Made by a program: the position numbers and the translations under genes. Below, piece after piece: positions 1 to 12,978 of a DNA stretch of 64,000 bases. This stretch comes from Camelus dromedarius (taxonomy: Eukaryota), in NCBI RefSeq assembly GCF_036321535.1, contig NC_087436.1:112408001-112472000 (forward strand), in the 5' to 3' direction. Each line of letters opens with the position of its first letter. The stretch's first letter is position 1. The notes below the pieces were generated by a model that saw nothing but the letters and a program-made list of their open reading frames with translations, did no database searches and was not told the origin of the DNA.

Positions 1-244
1 TAATCTTTTTTTAAAAAAATACTTCCTACCTTATTTAGCAGATTCTGAGAAAGATATGGTTAAGCTTTCTTACCATTAGTAGAAATACACCCATACTTCC
101 TTAAAATGCTTTCAAAGTTTATTTAAATATTTTGAAACCAGTGCTGTTAGTTGCAGATGAGCTCAGAACTGGTCTAGTTTCCTGGTGGATTATGTGCTGA
201 CCTCCTTTACCTCTAACATTGATGTTACTCCTATGAAAAAGATA

Positions 245-365
245 GTACTAATTCTTAATATAAAATTAAGCTAATATTAATAATTAATAATAATAATTAG
301 ACTAATTAATAATTAATTAGTAGTAGTTAATAACTAGCAATACTATAATAATATTATTATAATAG
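245..365. repeat. AT-rich low-complexity tract (TAAT/TAA/TAG units)
   Basis: Almost entirely A/T with repeated taattaataa-like words. Confidence 0.8.
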
Positions 366-1493
366 CTTTTTTCCCTTCTTCCTCAGATAGAAAAGTGTCT
401 TTAGGGAGTCACAGAGGGGCGTGTGGGCTCACCCCCACTCAGGCAAGCTGCCAGCTCGGGAGCTGAGCATCCCTCTGAGGGAGGGTAGACACACTCCCAG
501 TAACGTCAGTCTCGTCTCTCCTTGCCCTGTGTGACCTGGACAGGGATGAGTGAGGCCCCACAGGCTGGGTGAATGACAGTTTGTTGATGAACACGTCTTC
601 CCTGGCTGCAGACCATGCCATGCGCTCCAGAGCTGAGGTTCCCTCTTCTGACCAGATCCTCCTGTCCCTGCTACTGAATGGCCTCTCCTCTCCATCCCAG
701 CTCAGCCCTATCGAGCTCTTCTACCAGGACAAGGAGCACTTCTGAGTGTCTAGGACACTCGATGGCCATCAAGACACTTGAGCCTCTTGTCAGCTCTGCC
801 AGGAAGAAGCTCTGAGATCAGAGAAAAACCACATGGCCCAGCTGGGTGTATGTTTTTTCTATAAATAGCAGGAGGTACATTTTTTAAAGTCTGAAGTCAT
901 TTCTAGCAAAGGGAATGCTATGAATCTGAGTCTTACTGCAATAGGTGACCTGCTTTTAATGTATTGGAAATTTCAAATGTTAAATGCTTTGCTGAGAAAT
1001 TAAGCAAACAAATCCCCAGAACCGGAAACAAGACGGTACCATGAAGGGGAGTGATGGGAGAGGCATTCATATGAAAAAAAATATTTACTAGGGTGGAGCC
1101 TGGCAGAGCAGGAACAATTTTCTTTAAACAAACACTCAAACTAACGATGACTTGTTTTCCCAGAAATTCTCCTCTTCTGTGAACTTCCACTTCTCTAAAA
1201 AAAGAAACATGACAATTTTCAAAACAAAGCAAGCTATATATAAGGATAAAACACGTGAACACGCTTTTGAAATTCATTTTAGTCCTCCAAGAATCTAACA
1301 AATAACTATCTGTTAAAAAAAAAAAAAAAGACTAGGAACATACATGCTATATGGACCCCATTTTCTAGGACGTCTAGTCTATACCAATGCTTCCACTCTA
1401 AAGTGTTACATAATTTGGGAATCACAATACTTACTAAAATTCATATACAAAAAGCACAAAATCTGAAATCCCCAGCACAGCCCTTCTCCTATT

Positions 1494-1508
1494 TCACTAG
1501 GTGGCAGC
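1494..1508 (+). promoter_or_regulatory. Candidate CTCF site
   Basis: TCACTAGGTGGCAGC, one mismatch to the CCACYAGRKGGCRSC core. Confidence 0.45.
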
Positions 1509-2700
1509 ATGTAATAACAAATAATGATATTACACAGTAATAAAGAAAACTGCAAAGCTACTTTAATAACAAATGTCAGCCTCACAAAGATTCTAAAACA
1601 ACAGAAAGAAATTCAATCCTTTTTCAGCTTAACCTTAAAGGACGGTGGATCCAGTAGAGGCATTACTGAATTCTACACACTCACATATTCCAATTCAGGT
1701 AAAAATTCTTGAGACTAAAGAATGACGGAGAAAAGGGTTGGTTTCTCTGAGACATCTTTCCTCCATTAATATTTAACTAAAGGAGATGAAAACGCACCTC
1801 TAAGCCAAGAGAGCTGTCAATAGACACCAAAAGCCAGTGATAATGAAGCTTTTCTCAAAGTCAGATCTTGACATTGATTTGGCAATTAATGATCTAGAAA
1901 AGAAAATCGACATTTTAACTCTAAGGGAACATTCCAGCGCTAATGAGAAATTTAAGGCAACTGAGAAATTTAAGGCCATGTGTAGCAAACAGGCATTCTA
2001 CAGATTGAGGGGCTGAACGTGATTTTCCTGGCCAGAAGTGTGTGTGCGTGTGTGCGCGCGAGTGTATGAAGTTTCACCTATATTCATATTTGAATACAAA
2101 TTTCATATTTCATACAAAAATCCAGCTTTCTCCAGAAATTCTATTCTTTCAGAATGGAAAGGAAATTGAAACATCTCTATGATGCATTTCTATCAAAAGT
2201 TGAGACAATGAAAAGTAGAAAGGCCATATAGTTTGAGAACAACATGAAAAATGTCCCTGCAGTTTTCATATCAAAATGAAACGGACTTTTTTTAGACCCA
2301 GGCCCCTTGACTGACATCAGTTTCAGTTTGTGCCCCTGCTTTAAACCAGACCCCCTGTGCCTCTCCAGTGCCTGTCATGTGGCTCGTGGCTCACCACTGC
2401 TACTTCTCCCTTCCCTCTTGACTTTGGTGGCCTCAGTCTTTGGGGTTCCCGAGATGAGAGCGTGTGCTTCCCTGTACCACAGCTCCTCAAACTATCCATG
2501 GGAAAGAAACCTCCTTCCCCAAGTCGTCACAGACTGATCCTTTTGTAAAATGCTATCAAAATAAAATGAGTTCACCGCTGATGTCCTTGGATATTGGAGC
2601 AATGTAAGATGGCTCTAAAGGTTTCTAAATTTTGTTCATGGACAACTACCATCCCACTAACCACACAAAGCTAAAAATCGTTCATTCATCAAGCATATTT

Positions 2701-3140
2701 CTGTTTTTTTACTTTTTATATATATTTTTATTGAAGTAATGTTGTGTCAATTTCTGGTATACAGCACAATACTTCAGTCACATAGGAAGTACATATATTC
2801 ATTTTCATATTCTTTTTCACCATAAGTTACTACAAGATATTGAATATAGTTCCCTGTGCTATACAGTATGAACTTGTTGTTTATCTATTTTATATATATT
2901 AGTATCTGCAAATCTCAGACTCCCAATTTATCCCTTCCCACCCCTTTCCCTCCTGTTAACCATAAGTTTGTTTTCTATGTCTGTGAGTCTGTTTCTATTT
3001 TGTAAATAAGTTTGTCTTTTTTTTTTTTTTTAGATTCCACATATGAGTGATATCATATGGTATTTTTCTTTCTGTTTCTGTCTTATTTCACTTAGAATGA
3101 CAATCTCCAGGTCCATCATTGTTACGGCAAATGGTATTAT
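2701..3140 (-). mobile_element. 5'-truncated L1 (cetartiodactyl-type 3' end) with TSD
   Basis: T-rich tail on the left, L1 3'UTR motifs (tatagttccctgtgctatacagta), perfect 13-bp TSD atcaagcatattt at 2688-2700 and 3141-3153. Confidence 0.88.
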
Positions 3141-3693
3141 ATCAAGCATATTTTAATGCAAATGACTTATAGACTCAAATCACAAATATTGCTACAGTTA
3201 CAAGAACTAACTTTTGTGAAATTATTACGTGCCCCTGCCAAGTATTTTTCTAGCTCTTTATACACATTGTTTCCTCTAGTCCTCAAGATCTACTTGTGAA
3301 GTAGATGCTACTATTATTTTATAGGCATGAAGACCAAACACAGATAATGTAAATAAGTTGCCACCAGTCACACAGATAGTTTGTGTTCTCAAATACCCAC
3401 CTTTGGGGTCGTTCATGTGACTAGCATTCGTGTGGCTACAAGATGTGTTGGAAATTGTACACAGTTTGGTGTCAAAGACCAGGGCTCCAACCACAACACC
3501 TCCATCTCCTAGATGTATGACATGGGTCAAATTGTTTGACCTCACTGAGATTCAGTGCCTTCCCTGAAATTCAGAGTTATAATATGCAGCTCACTGGGAT
3601 ATAAATAGGGAGAGATGGTTGCATGGTATAACTTGTGTTAGTACTTTATAGATCATAAAATTCTCCTCACCCATTAATTATATACACACATCA

Positions 3694-4159
3694 ATTTTTA
3701 TTGAGATATAGTTGATGTACAATATTATGTAAGATATAGGCTTTCAATATACTGATTCACAATTTTTAAAGGTTATACTCCATTTATAGGTATTATGAAA
3801 TGTTGGCCATATTCCCTGTGTTGTACAATATACCCTTGTAGCTTATTTATTTTATACAAAATAGTTTGTACCTGTTAATCCTCTACCCCTATCTTGCCCC
3901 TTCCCGCTTCCCTCTTTCCACTGGTAACCATTAGTTTGTTCTCTATATCTGTGCGTCTGTTTCCTTTTTGTGATATTATACTATTTTGTTTTATTTTTTT
4001 GATTCGACATAGAAGTAATGTCATACAGTATTTGTCATATCTGTCTTTTTCTGTCTGAATTATTTCACTTGACATAATACCTTCTAGGTCCATCCATGTT
4101 GTTGTAAATGGCAAGATTTCATTCTTTTTTATGGCTGAATATATTTCATTATATATATG

Positions 4160-4197
<38 letters not shown>

Positions 4198-5160
4198 CAC
4201 ATATATGCCACATCTTCTTTATCCATTCATTTGTTGATGGACACTTAGGCTGTTGTAAATACGCTGCTATGAACATTAGGGTGCGTGTATCTTTTCGAAT
4301 TAGCGCTTTTGGTGGGGATAGATACCCAGGAATGAAATTGCTGGGTTCTATGGTAGTTCTATTTTTAGTTTTCTGAGAAATCATACTATTTTCCACAGTG
4401 GCTGCACCAATTCACATGACCACTAACAGTGTACCAGGGTTCCCTTTTTTCCACATCCTCACCAACATTTGTTATTTGTATTCTTTTTGATAACAGCCAT
4501 TTTGACAGGTGGGAGTTGATACCTCATTGTGGTTTTAATTTTCATTTCCCTGATGATAAGCAATGTAGAGCATCTTTTCATGTACTTATTGGCCATCTAT
4601 TTGTCTTCTTTGGAAAAATATCTACTCAGGTCTTCTGACCATTTTTAAATCAGGTTGTTTGTCTTCTTGATGTTGAGTTGTATGAGCGGTTTTTATATTT
4701 TGGATATTAGCCCCTTATTTTTCATATCATTAGCAAATACTTTGTCCTATTCAGTAGGCTGCCTTTTCATTTTGTTGATGGTTTCCTTTACCGTGCAAAA
4801 GCTTTTCAGCTTAATTAGGTCCAATTTGTTTATTTTTGCCTTTATTGCCTTTGCTTTGAGAGACAGATTCCAAAAAAATATTGCTACAATATAAGTCAAA
4901 GAATGTTCTGCCTATGTTTTCTTCCAGGGGTTTTATGGTTTCTGGTCTTAGATTTAGGTCTTTATTCCATTTTAAGTTTATCTTTGCGTGTGGTGTGAGA
5001 AAATGTTCTAATTTCATTCTTTTACATGTAACTGTCCAGTTTTCCCAGCACTACTTATTAAAGAGACTCTTTTCTCCATTGTATATTCTTACTTCCTTTG
5101 TCAGAGATTAATTGACTGTACACATGTGGGTTTATTACTGGGCTGTCTATTCTGTTCCAA
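3694..5160 (-). mobile_element. 5'-truncated L1 with degraded ORF2 C-terminus and 3'UTR
   Basis: Minus-strand translations [35 protein letters not shown] and QPKCPSTNEWIKKMW...YSAIKKNEILPFTTTWMDLEGIM are L1 ORF2 motifs. Internal (TACATA)n at ~4160-4196. Confidence 0.93.
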
Positions 5161-5271
5161 TTTTTAAGGTAATATTGGCATAGTCTCTAAATGATGTCCT
5201 TCAAAGAGCTTCTTTCAAATATGCTATACCCATGAGGGCTCGGAGGTTGGAAGGATAACCCAGAGATGATC

Positions 5272-5318
5272 TGTATCATCAGGGTTCTACCAGAGAAGCA
5301 GGACCAGCATGATAGAGG

Positions 5319-5360
<42 letters not shown>

Positions 5361-5755
5361 ATACATATTATGTATTGTAAAAAGTTAGCTTATGTGATTG
5401 TGGAGGTTGGCTAGGCAAATCCAGAAATCCATAAGGCAGGCTGTCAAAAAGCCAAAAAGCGTAGCCTGGGGACTCCCGGGCAGGAGGTGAGGCTGCAGTC
5501 CACAGTTCCAAGGGCGAGACATCAGTTCTTCCTCAGGGAAACTTCAGTTCTGTTCTCAAGACCTTTCAACTGAACGGCCTTGGATCAGGCCCACCCAAAT
5601 TATTGATAATCCTCTTCTTAGATGTTCACTTAAAGTCAAGTGATTGCAGATTTTAATCACATCTATAAAATATGTTCACAATGCCTAGATGAGTGTTTGA
5701 TGAATAACAAAGTACTATAATATAGCCTTTCTGACACATAAAACTGACCATCATA
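5272..5755 (-). mobile_element. MLT2-type (ERVL) solo LTR with internal (GATA)n
   Basis: tgtat...cagggttct..cagagaa start and aaactgaccatca end are the reverse of the MLT2 consensus; GATA run at ~5328-5359. Confidence 0.75.
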
Positions 5756-6344
5756 TTATGGATAGCAAGAGTCAGTCCCAGCACTCAGGCCTGGGGAGCA
5801 CTGAGATGATGTGGTTTACTGAGTCCAGATGGTGGGAAACACGGTGGGAACCTCCTGGTAAGAGCTGGGACCACAGAGGAGACACAGCAGGTGGCAGAGC
5901 TGCCACATTTGGGGGTGGGGGGTGCTGAAGAAAAGGAAGAGAAATGCCTGGTACTCTCCCCTTCCCATCCTCCAGTTTCCACCAAGGTTTCCCATTGGCC
6001 AAAACTTCAGGAACTCAGAGGGCAAGGGAGCCTGGGAAATGTAGTTTTCTGTGATGCAAACAGCTTAGAGGGGAAAAGGGCAAACTGATGAGATTTATAT
6101 ACGTAAACAAGAGAGAAAAAAAAAAGAAAGATAATGTGCTCTTTCCTAGGGATGCTTAAAATGCAGAAGGTCCTCATTTGCTCAAGATAACTTGAAAGAC
6201 AGCCTTTTCAGAAAACAAAGAATAGCCATGGCATAACGACCTTTCATTCATTTACTAAATGTTAATGCTTCCTGTGGTTGGAAATAAGGCTTCAGAAGAG
6301 GGGCTTGCTTGCAATGCTAAAGAGCATGGATTTTTATCCTGTGG

Positions 6345-6533
6345 GTCCATGTGCCTTCCAGTGTGATGCAAGTACGACTTGCATCCGGATGATCTGTGCA
6401 CTTGTAGAAGTAAAGATTTCTGGACCCCATCCCAGACCCACTGTATCAGAGCCTATAGGAATGGAATGCAGAACTGTGCGTGTTTATCAAGCTGTCCAGC
6501 TGATTCTGAGGCGAACTGAAGATTGAGAACCAG
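6345..6533. mobile_element. MER5-like hAT-Charlie DNA transposon relic
   Basis: Contains gatttctggaccccatcccagacccactgtatcaga and tgattctga...gattgagaacc, typical of MER5A. Confidence 0.65.
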
Positions 6534-6947
6534 AGTTTCGGGCAAGATGGAGCCACAGGGAAGCTTAGCAGGGAAGTGTCATGATAAGATTTAGGTTTTG
6601 GTACGTAATAAGAATATAAATAACCAACACTTACTGACCAAAAGACAAACACTGCCCTATGTACTTCACTTACAGATTTATTTAACTACTCTGAAGTCTC
6701 TGTGGAAGGTAGTTGGTTTTTTGGCTCCAGGTACCAAAATGGTAAGTAACAGTCATCGAGTGCTTACCAATTCCAGGTATTTAAAATAACATTCAAATTG
6801 GATAAATCAGAACTTCATTAAAGAAGCATTATGTGCTCCTGATTTTTTAAAGTTATCTGAACATATATCTGAGAATGGCATGTGGTTTATTCAGCCCCTA
6901 ACTGGAGCATACAAATTATACAAATAATACTCAGTGAGTTTCTGCAA

Positions 6948-7330
6948 TGCAGTAGATTCCTTTGGCCCCATTATTAACACGTCCCTGCACCCACATCCAT
7001 TGCCATGTGGCTCCTAAGTGCCCTCCCACAGTGGGTACATTGCTGCATTCCTTGACCTTGAGCTTGCCCTTAACCCTTAGCTTTGCCAGTGGATATGAGC
7101 AGCCATGACAGACACACAGGCTTGAAATGAGATTGCACCCTGGGGTTTGCTCTCTCCTGTGCCTCTGTCATCACCATGAGAACATGCCCAGGCTGGCCTG
7201 TTGGAAGACAAGAAACAGATGGAGTAGAGCTGCACCTCCCCAGCTGCACTAGCCATGGCCAGTTACCCCAAATGCAGATTGCACTGAGCACTTGTGCTAG
7301 TCTGTTACGTTGCATAATTTGACCACAGCT
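6948..7330. mobile_element. Old MaLR LTR relic (MLT1H/J-like)
   Basis: ctctgtcatcaccatgagaacatgcccaggctggcctg motif characteristic of older MLT1 LTRs. Confidence 0.5.
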
Positions 7331-7799
7331 GGTTCTGTCCACACCACGTTTTAATGCCACTTCACTGCACACTGGTAAAACTCCTCATGAACGGTGCTCG
7401 ATGAACGGTGCTCGATGAACAGTGCTTGTCTCTCTCCAGTGATTATTTTCTTCTTTAATTGCTCTGATTCTGTCTCACCGTATAAGCAAGTCCACATTCC
7501 ATACTTTTTATAGGTGATGATCCTAAGGAATGTGGAACGATCCCCCATTCCAGAAGTGTTCAGGAAGTTAGGATTTTTGAAGTTAGGATTCTTGAAGCTA
7601 GCACTGGAGCTGGAGTGAGCGTAAGGCATTCCCACCAAGACAATGAGAGACTCCAAGATCAGAGAAGCTGGTGAGGTCAGAACCTAGAAGAACCTAGAAG
7701 GGTCCAGACACAGAGAGACAACAAATTCAAAGAAGTAGGATTGTAGTCCAGCTTTCTAAGGAAAGCATTCAGGGATATGGAGCTGATTTTAAAGGGAAT

Positions 7800-9392
7800 C
7801 ACACATAGAGAACCCTAAGGAATCTAAAACATAACAAAAACTGATAGAATTAAGAAATGGAGTTAACGTAGATACAAGGCCAATATACAAATTGTATTTC
7901 TATATATTAGCAACAAACACGCAGAAACAAACTTCAAAAATAAGCCACTTATGATAGCATCAAAAAATACAAACTAGTTAATGACAAATTTAACTATACA
8001 TGTATGATATGTTCCTTGAAAACTACAAAATATTGATGGGAGAAATTAAAGGAGAACTAAATTAATGGAGAGTCATATTCACAGATTAAAAGACTCAATA
8101 TTGTTAAGACGTCAATTCTACCCAATCAAAATTGCAGCAGGCAGTTTTTCTAAAGATTTATGAGCCAATTCCACAGTTTTTTGGTAAATCTAAATGACTT
8201 AGAATCACCAAAACTATTTTGAAATGAAAAAACAAAGTTACAGAACTTACACTGCCTAATGTCAAAAACTAACTCTAAAGCTTCAGTAACCAAGACAGTG
8301 TGATATCTGTGCAAAGATTGACATAAATCAACAGAACAGAATAAAGAGTTGAGAAATAGAAGCAAACTTATACGGTCCGTTGGTTTTTGCTGAAATGCCA
8401 AGATAAATCAATCGGAATAGTCTTTTCAATAAATGGTACTGGACAACTGAGTATCTAGACACAAAAAATTAACCTCAACTCTTAATTCACAGCATACATA
8501 AAAATTAGCTCAAAACAGATGAGATGGAAACATAAAAGAAAAACATCTATAAAAAAGCATAAAAGAAGATCTTCACAACTTTGGAGATAGGCAAAGATTT
8601 CTTAGGTAGAACACAGAAGGATGCACTATAAAAGAAAAATTGGCAAATTTGACTTAAACAAAATTAAAAACTTGCCTTCAAAAGACACTATTAAGAAAAT
8701 GTAAAGACAAGCCACAGATTGGGAGAAAAAATTTGCAATGAATAGATCTGAGAAAGTACTTGAATTCAGAATATATAAAAAGTTCTTACAGCTGAGTAAT
8801 AAAAAGATAAAAACCCGATAAAAAAAAGTCAAAAGTTTAAACAGCCACTTCACAAAAATGAAGATATATGAATACCCAATAAACCCATGAAAAGACAAGT
8901 GACATCATTAGTCATTAGGATAATGCAAAAAAGTAAAGCCAAATTAAAATACAACTATACATCTATTAGAGTGGATAAAATTTAAAAGACTGGCAACAGA
9001 AGATATGAAGCAATATTACTGGTGGAAAACAGTTCAGCAATTTCTTATACAGTTAAATATATACTTAGCATCTCACTGCTGAGTATGCACCCTCTCAAAT
9101 ATTAAAATGTATGTTCATAGTAGCTTTATTCATAATAGACAAACATTGGAAACAACCCAAATATGTGGTCTGATTGGATAAAAGAGATGATGGTATATTT
9201 ATACAATAAAATACCACTAAGAAGTTAAAAGGAACAAACTACTGATACATGCAGCAACATAGATGAATCTCAAAAATATTTTGTTGAGGAAAAGAAGTCA
9301 AACGTAAAAGAGTAATATTGTATATCACCATTTACAAAAACAGTCAAAACTAATATGTGATTCCATACTAGAATAGGCAACTCTAGTCTATA
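7800..9392 (+). mobile_element. Old L1M element (ORF2 3' part and 3'UTR), left segment
   Basis: A-rich degraded ORF2 motifs (aagactcaatattgttaagacgtcaattct, agtaaccaagacagtgtgat, gtcttttcaataaatggtactgg, agacaagccacagattgggagaaaa). Confidence 0.88.
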
Positions 9393-9397
9393 CCAAG

Positions 9398-9736
9398 TGT
9401 CTTAGTCAGCTCAGGTTGCTATAACAAAACTACCACAGACTTAAACAACAAAACATTTATTCCTCATAGGTCTTGAGGCTGGCGATTCCAGGTCAAGGCA
9501 CAGGCGGATCTGGTGTCTGGTGAGAGCCCTTTTCCTGCAGAAGCACAACTTCTCCCGTATCCTCACATGGTAGGGAAAGCAGAGAGCTTACTGTTAAGGG
9601 CACGAATCCCATCATGTCAGCCCCACCCTCATAATCTAATTATCTCCCAAAGGCCCCATCTCCTAACACCATCCTATTGGGGGTTAGGATTTCAACGTAT
9701 CCATTTTGGGGACACACAAGCATGCTGTCCGTAACA
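9398..9736 (-). mobile_element. MLT1A/MST-type MaLR solo LTR nested in the L1
   Basis: TG...CA ends (tgtcttagtc...gtaaca) and near-identical 5-bp TSD ccaag/ctaag. Confidence 0.85.
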
Positions 9737-9741
9737 CTAAG

Positions 9742-9940
9742 AGAAACCAGATCAGTGGTTTCCTGGGACTGGAAGTAGGGGACACTGAATGCAAAGGGAC
9801 ATAAGGGGACTTTCGGGGTTAATGGAATCAAAACTGTATCTTGAGTGTGCTGGTGATTACATAACTGTATAGATATTTCAAAACACATCAAACTGTGCAT
9901 TTAAGAGGGAGGAATTATTTTCTGTAAATTATGCCTTGAG
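9742..9940 (+). mobile_element. Old L1M 3'UTR, right segment continuing after the LTR
   Basis: agatcagtggtttcctggg...actgtatcttgagtgtgctggtgattaca...aaattatgcct is an L1M 3' end. Confidence 0.8.
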
Positions 9941-10232
9941 ATGAACAAGGTAGTGGGCACAGCAGCGAGGGTAGGGAGACATGGCAGGGAGAAGACCCAG
10001 TAAATGATAAGTGTCGCTGTTGCCTGAAACTTGCCTTTAATGCATGATAAGTGGGTGATTCTGGTCGCTGTGTACCACACTTTCTGCACTATGCATTAAG
10101 AATTCAGCACAAATAGCAAAGAATTTTCAGTCCCTCCACCTACAAATACTTCACACTATATTGTTCTTATTTTGTACATCTGCTTTTCTTTCTGTCATCC
10201 TCACTCCTGCACTAGTCCAAACATACCAATGC

Positions 10233-10292
<60 letters not shown>
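10233..10292. repeat. (AGAT)15 microsatellite
   Basis: Perfect tetranucleotide run. Confidence 0.97.
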
Positions 10293-10436
10293 TTTCTCAC
10301 ACATCTGGATTGCATATAAATCCTATCAGCCATAAGCCCAGCATAGCACAGCAGACATTGAGACTAAAAAGCCCAGTTGCTACAAAATATTAAGTGAAGA
10401 GAGCATCCCATTTTTATTTCTAAAGAGTTGTATTTT

Positions 10437-10592
10437 TATACATAGAATACATAAACAACAAGTACCTACTATATGGCATAGGGAACTATATTCAATTTCT
10501 TAATGAGCTGTAATGGAAAAGAATGACTTTGCTGTACACCTGACACTAACATTATAAATCAACTACACTCCAATAAAAGTTAATTTTAAAAA
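10437..10592 (+). mobile_element. Short L1 3'-end insertion with TSD
   Basis: ctactatatggcatagggaactatattca...ctttgctgtacacctga...aataaaa; TSD aaagagtt(g/t)tatttt at 10422-10436 and 10593-10607. Confidence 0.85.
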
Positions 10593-11294
10593 AAAGAGTT
10601 TTATTTTCACCAATTAAGCAAGGACCTGGAGATGGTGGAAAGGATAGGGCCAAGTACACAAAGCAGGCAAACTGGCCTCGGGAGAAATCCAGCAAACCTA
10701 TTCACTGAGATAGGAAAAAAGAAGGGCTAAAAATGGAGATGTTTGAGAAGGATGCTATGGAGTTGGTGGCCTTTTGCCTCTGCAAGTAGGGGATAAAGTG
10801 GGTACGGGGAGGAGCTTGAGGGAAAAGAGAAAAGTCTGTGGCAGCCACTGCGAGGAACTGGAAATTAGCTCACCACAGAAGGTCGGGAATCAGTCTGCTC
10901 GGGACCAGCTGTGGTCAGAAGTCATCACTTATTGATGGTTCCAATTAGCCTTGTGTTAAAATTCATCTCCTCTGACAGTCCTGTTTCTGTGCTCTGCCCT
11001 TCACATGCAGGTATTAGAGCATTTTGAAAATGCAGAATATATATATATATTCACTTCACTTAGTATATATATATATATATACACATCTTACCCACACATT
11101 ATATATCTCTGGGTTGTGAGAACACTGAGAGGTATTGCCGTATTTGTATTACTATATGCCCCAAGTCTTCTTTCCAGTTTAACATCTCAATCTGCAGCTA
11201 TTCCTCCAAGAGAAATTGTTTTGCCATCAGGGCAGCTTTCTCTTAGAAACAGACAAATAACAACAAAACGTGAGGCATTCTTCACATTACCTTA

Positions 11295-11778
11295 TATGAG
11301 GGTTAATTTTATGCCAACTTCTCTGGGCTGCAGTTCCCATATATTTGGTCGGACATTATTCTAGAGGTTTCTGTGAAGGCACTTTTTTGGATGACATTAA
11401 CATTTAAATTGGTGGACTTTGGGTAAAGCAGATTGCCTTCCATAATGTGGGTAGGATTCGTGCAATCAGTTGAAAGCTTTAATAGAAACTGACCGATCTC
11501 ACTCATGAAAGGGGGACTTCTGCCAACAGACTGCATTGGGATTCAAACTGCAACTCTTGCCCTGTCTCCAGCCTGTTGGTCTACCCCATTAGAATTTGGA
11601 CTCCCTCCCCAAGCCTCCATAATTTCATGAACCAATTCCTTAAAACAAATCTCTTGATAGATAGGTAGATAGATAGATAGACGGACGGATGGATAGATAC
11701 AAAGATTAGATATAGAGATTGAGATAGAGGCAGAAACATCCTGTTGGCCTATCTCTCTGGAAAATCTTGGCCAACACA
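11295..11778 (+). mobile_element. MLT2-type (ERVL) solo LTR
   Basis: Start tatgagggttaattttatg, core gtaaagcagattgccttccataatgtgggt...caatcagttgaa, GATA-like run, 5-bp flanks cctta/cttta. Confidence 0.85.
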
Positions 11779-12589
11779 CTTTACAAAAAGTCCTTTCACA
11801 GAAGCTCTCCGGTAGGTGTATTGTGGACGTCATTTGTGCTAATCAGCTTACATAGCCTTTTCAAACATCTTTCACTTGGAAAGGAACATAAAGATTTGTG
11901 GTCCTTCCTTCACATTGCCTCACTAACTGTAATTTCCAAAACCCAAACCCCACAGAGGCCACTGACTTTTCATGAAATCTAGTACATCAATAGAGATCTT
12001 ACAAGAGTTATACAGAAGAATGTTAAGGCTCAATTCCTTAGTAGCTCTTTGAAAAAAATAGTGACTAGAAGTTTGTTTATTCCCCACCATTTCCTCTGAA
12101 ATCTTCAAATAAGCTGCTTTTATACAAATAAGGCAGGGTTTCTAACATACCAGTTATAAATATTATTACTAAAGTGGGTCTAAAGTTCAGCATCAAACCC
12201 ACAGAGAATGATGAGGATTCTGTTGGAATAAAGATGACCAATAATGTGTTATCAAGAGCAGCAGCAGCTAGGGATGACGCACTTGGCAACTCACCCGCAT
12301 GTTACCAAAAACAGAGCACTTTTTACAGATCCCCGATAGAACACTCACACCCTTCCCCTGATGCGGAGTTCTCGGGGTCTCTCCTTTGACCCAGTTCTTT
12401 GACAGAGCATTACTTTCAAGCAAACAAACCCTAGTTTAGGATGGGAAGTGAATGGGAGAACAGTATAATACACAGGATATATTCTCTCTCTTCTCAACTC
12501 CAGTTCACACAGAGTGTAGTTTAGAGGGCAGAGCTGCATCAGAGCATAGGCATTAAGCTGACCCAGAGATTAAAATAGCAAAATTGTTT

Positions 12590-12978
12590 CTTACTGAAAT
12601 ATAATTAAATTACAATATTAAATTTTTTCAGGTGTACAGCATAGTGGTTCAATATTTTTATAGATTATACTCCCTTTAAAGTTACCGCAAAACAATGACT
12701 GTATTTCCCTGTGTTGTACAGTATATCATCATTGCTTATCTATTTTATACAGAGTAGTTTGCACTCATTAATCCCAAATCCCCACCTTGCTCCTCCCTCC
12801 TCCCCTCTCCCCACTGGTAACCACTAATTTGTTTTTCTATATATCTGTGAGTCTGTTTCTGTTTTGTTAGATATATTCATTTGTTCTATTTTTTAGACTC
12901 CACCTATAAGTGATAACACAGACCATTTGTCTTTCTCTATCTGACTTATTTCACTAAACTTAATACTCCCTAGGTCTG
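12590..12978 (-). mobile_element. 5'-truncated L1 3' end with TSD
   Basis: L1 3'UTR motifs (tttcaggtgtacagcatagt, ccactggtaaccact, gacttatttcact); TSD tag(ca/tg)aaattgttt at 12576-12589 and 12979-12992. Confidence 0.85.

Noticed and set aside
3875..5017. ORFs of 173 and 68 aa
   Set aside because: Fragments of degraded L1 ORF2, one read through a microsatellite; not a host gene.
7387..7428. Short direct repeats as a CRISPR-like array
   Set aside because: Head-to-tail with no spacers, eukaryotic context, no cas genes.
5272..11778. Two MLT2 LTRs ~6 kb apart as a possible provirus
   Set aside because: Opposite orientations, clearly diverged from each other, and the interval holds L1, MLT1 and MER5 rather than gag/pol.
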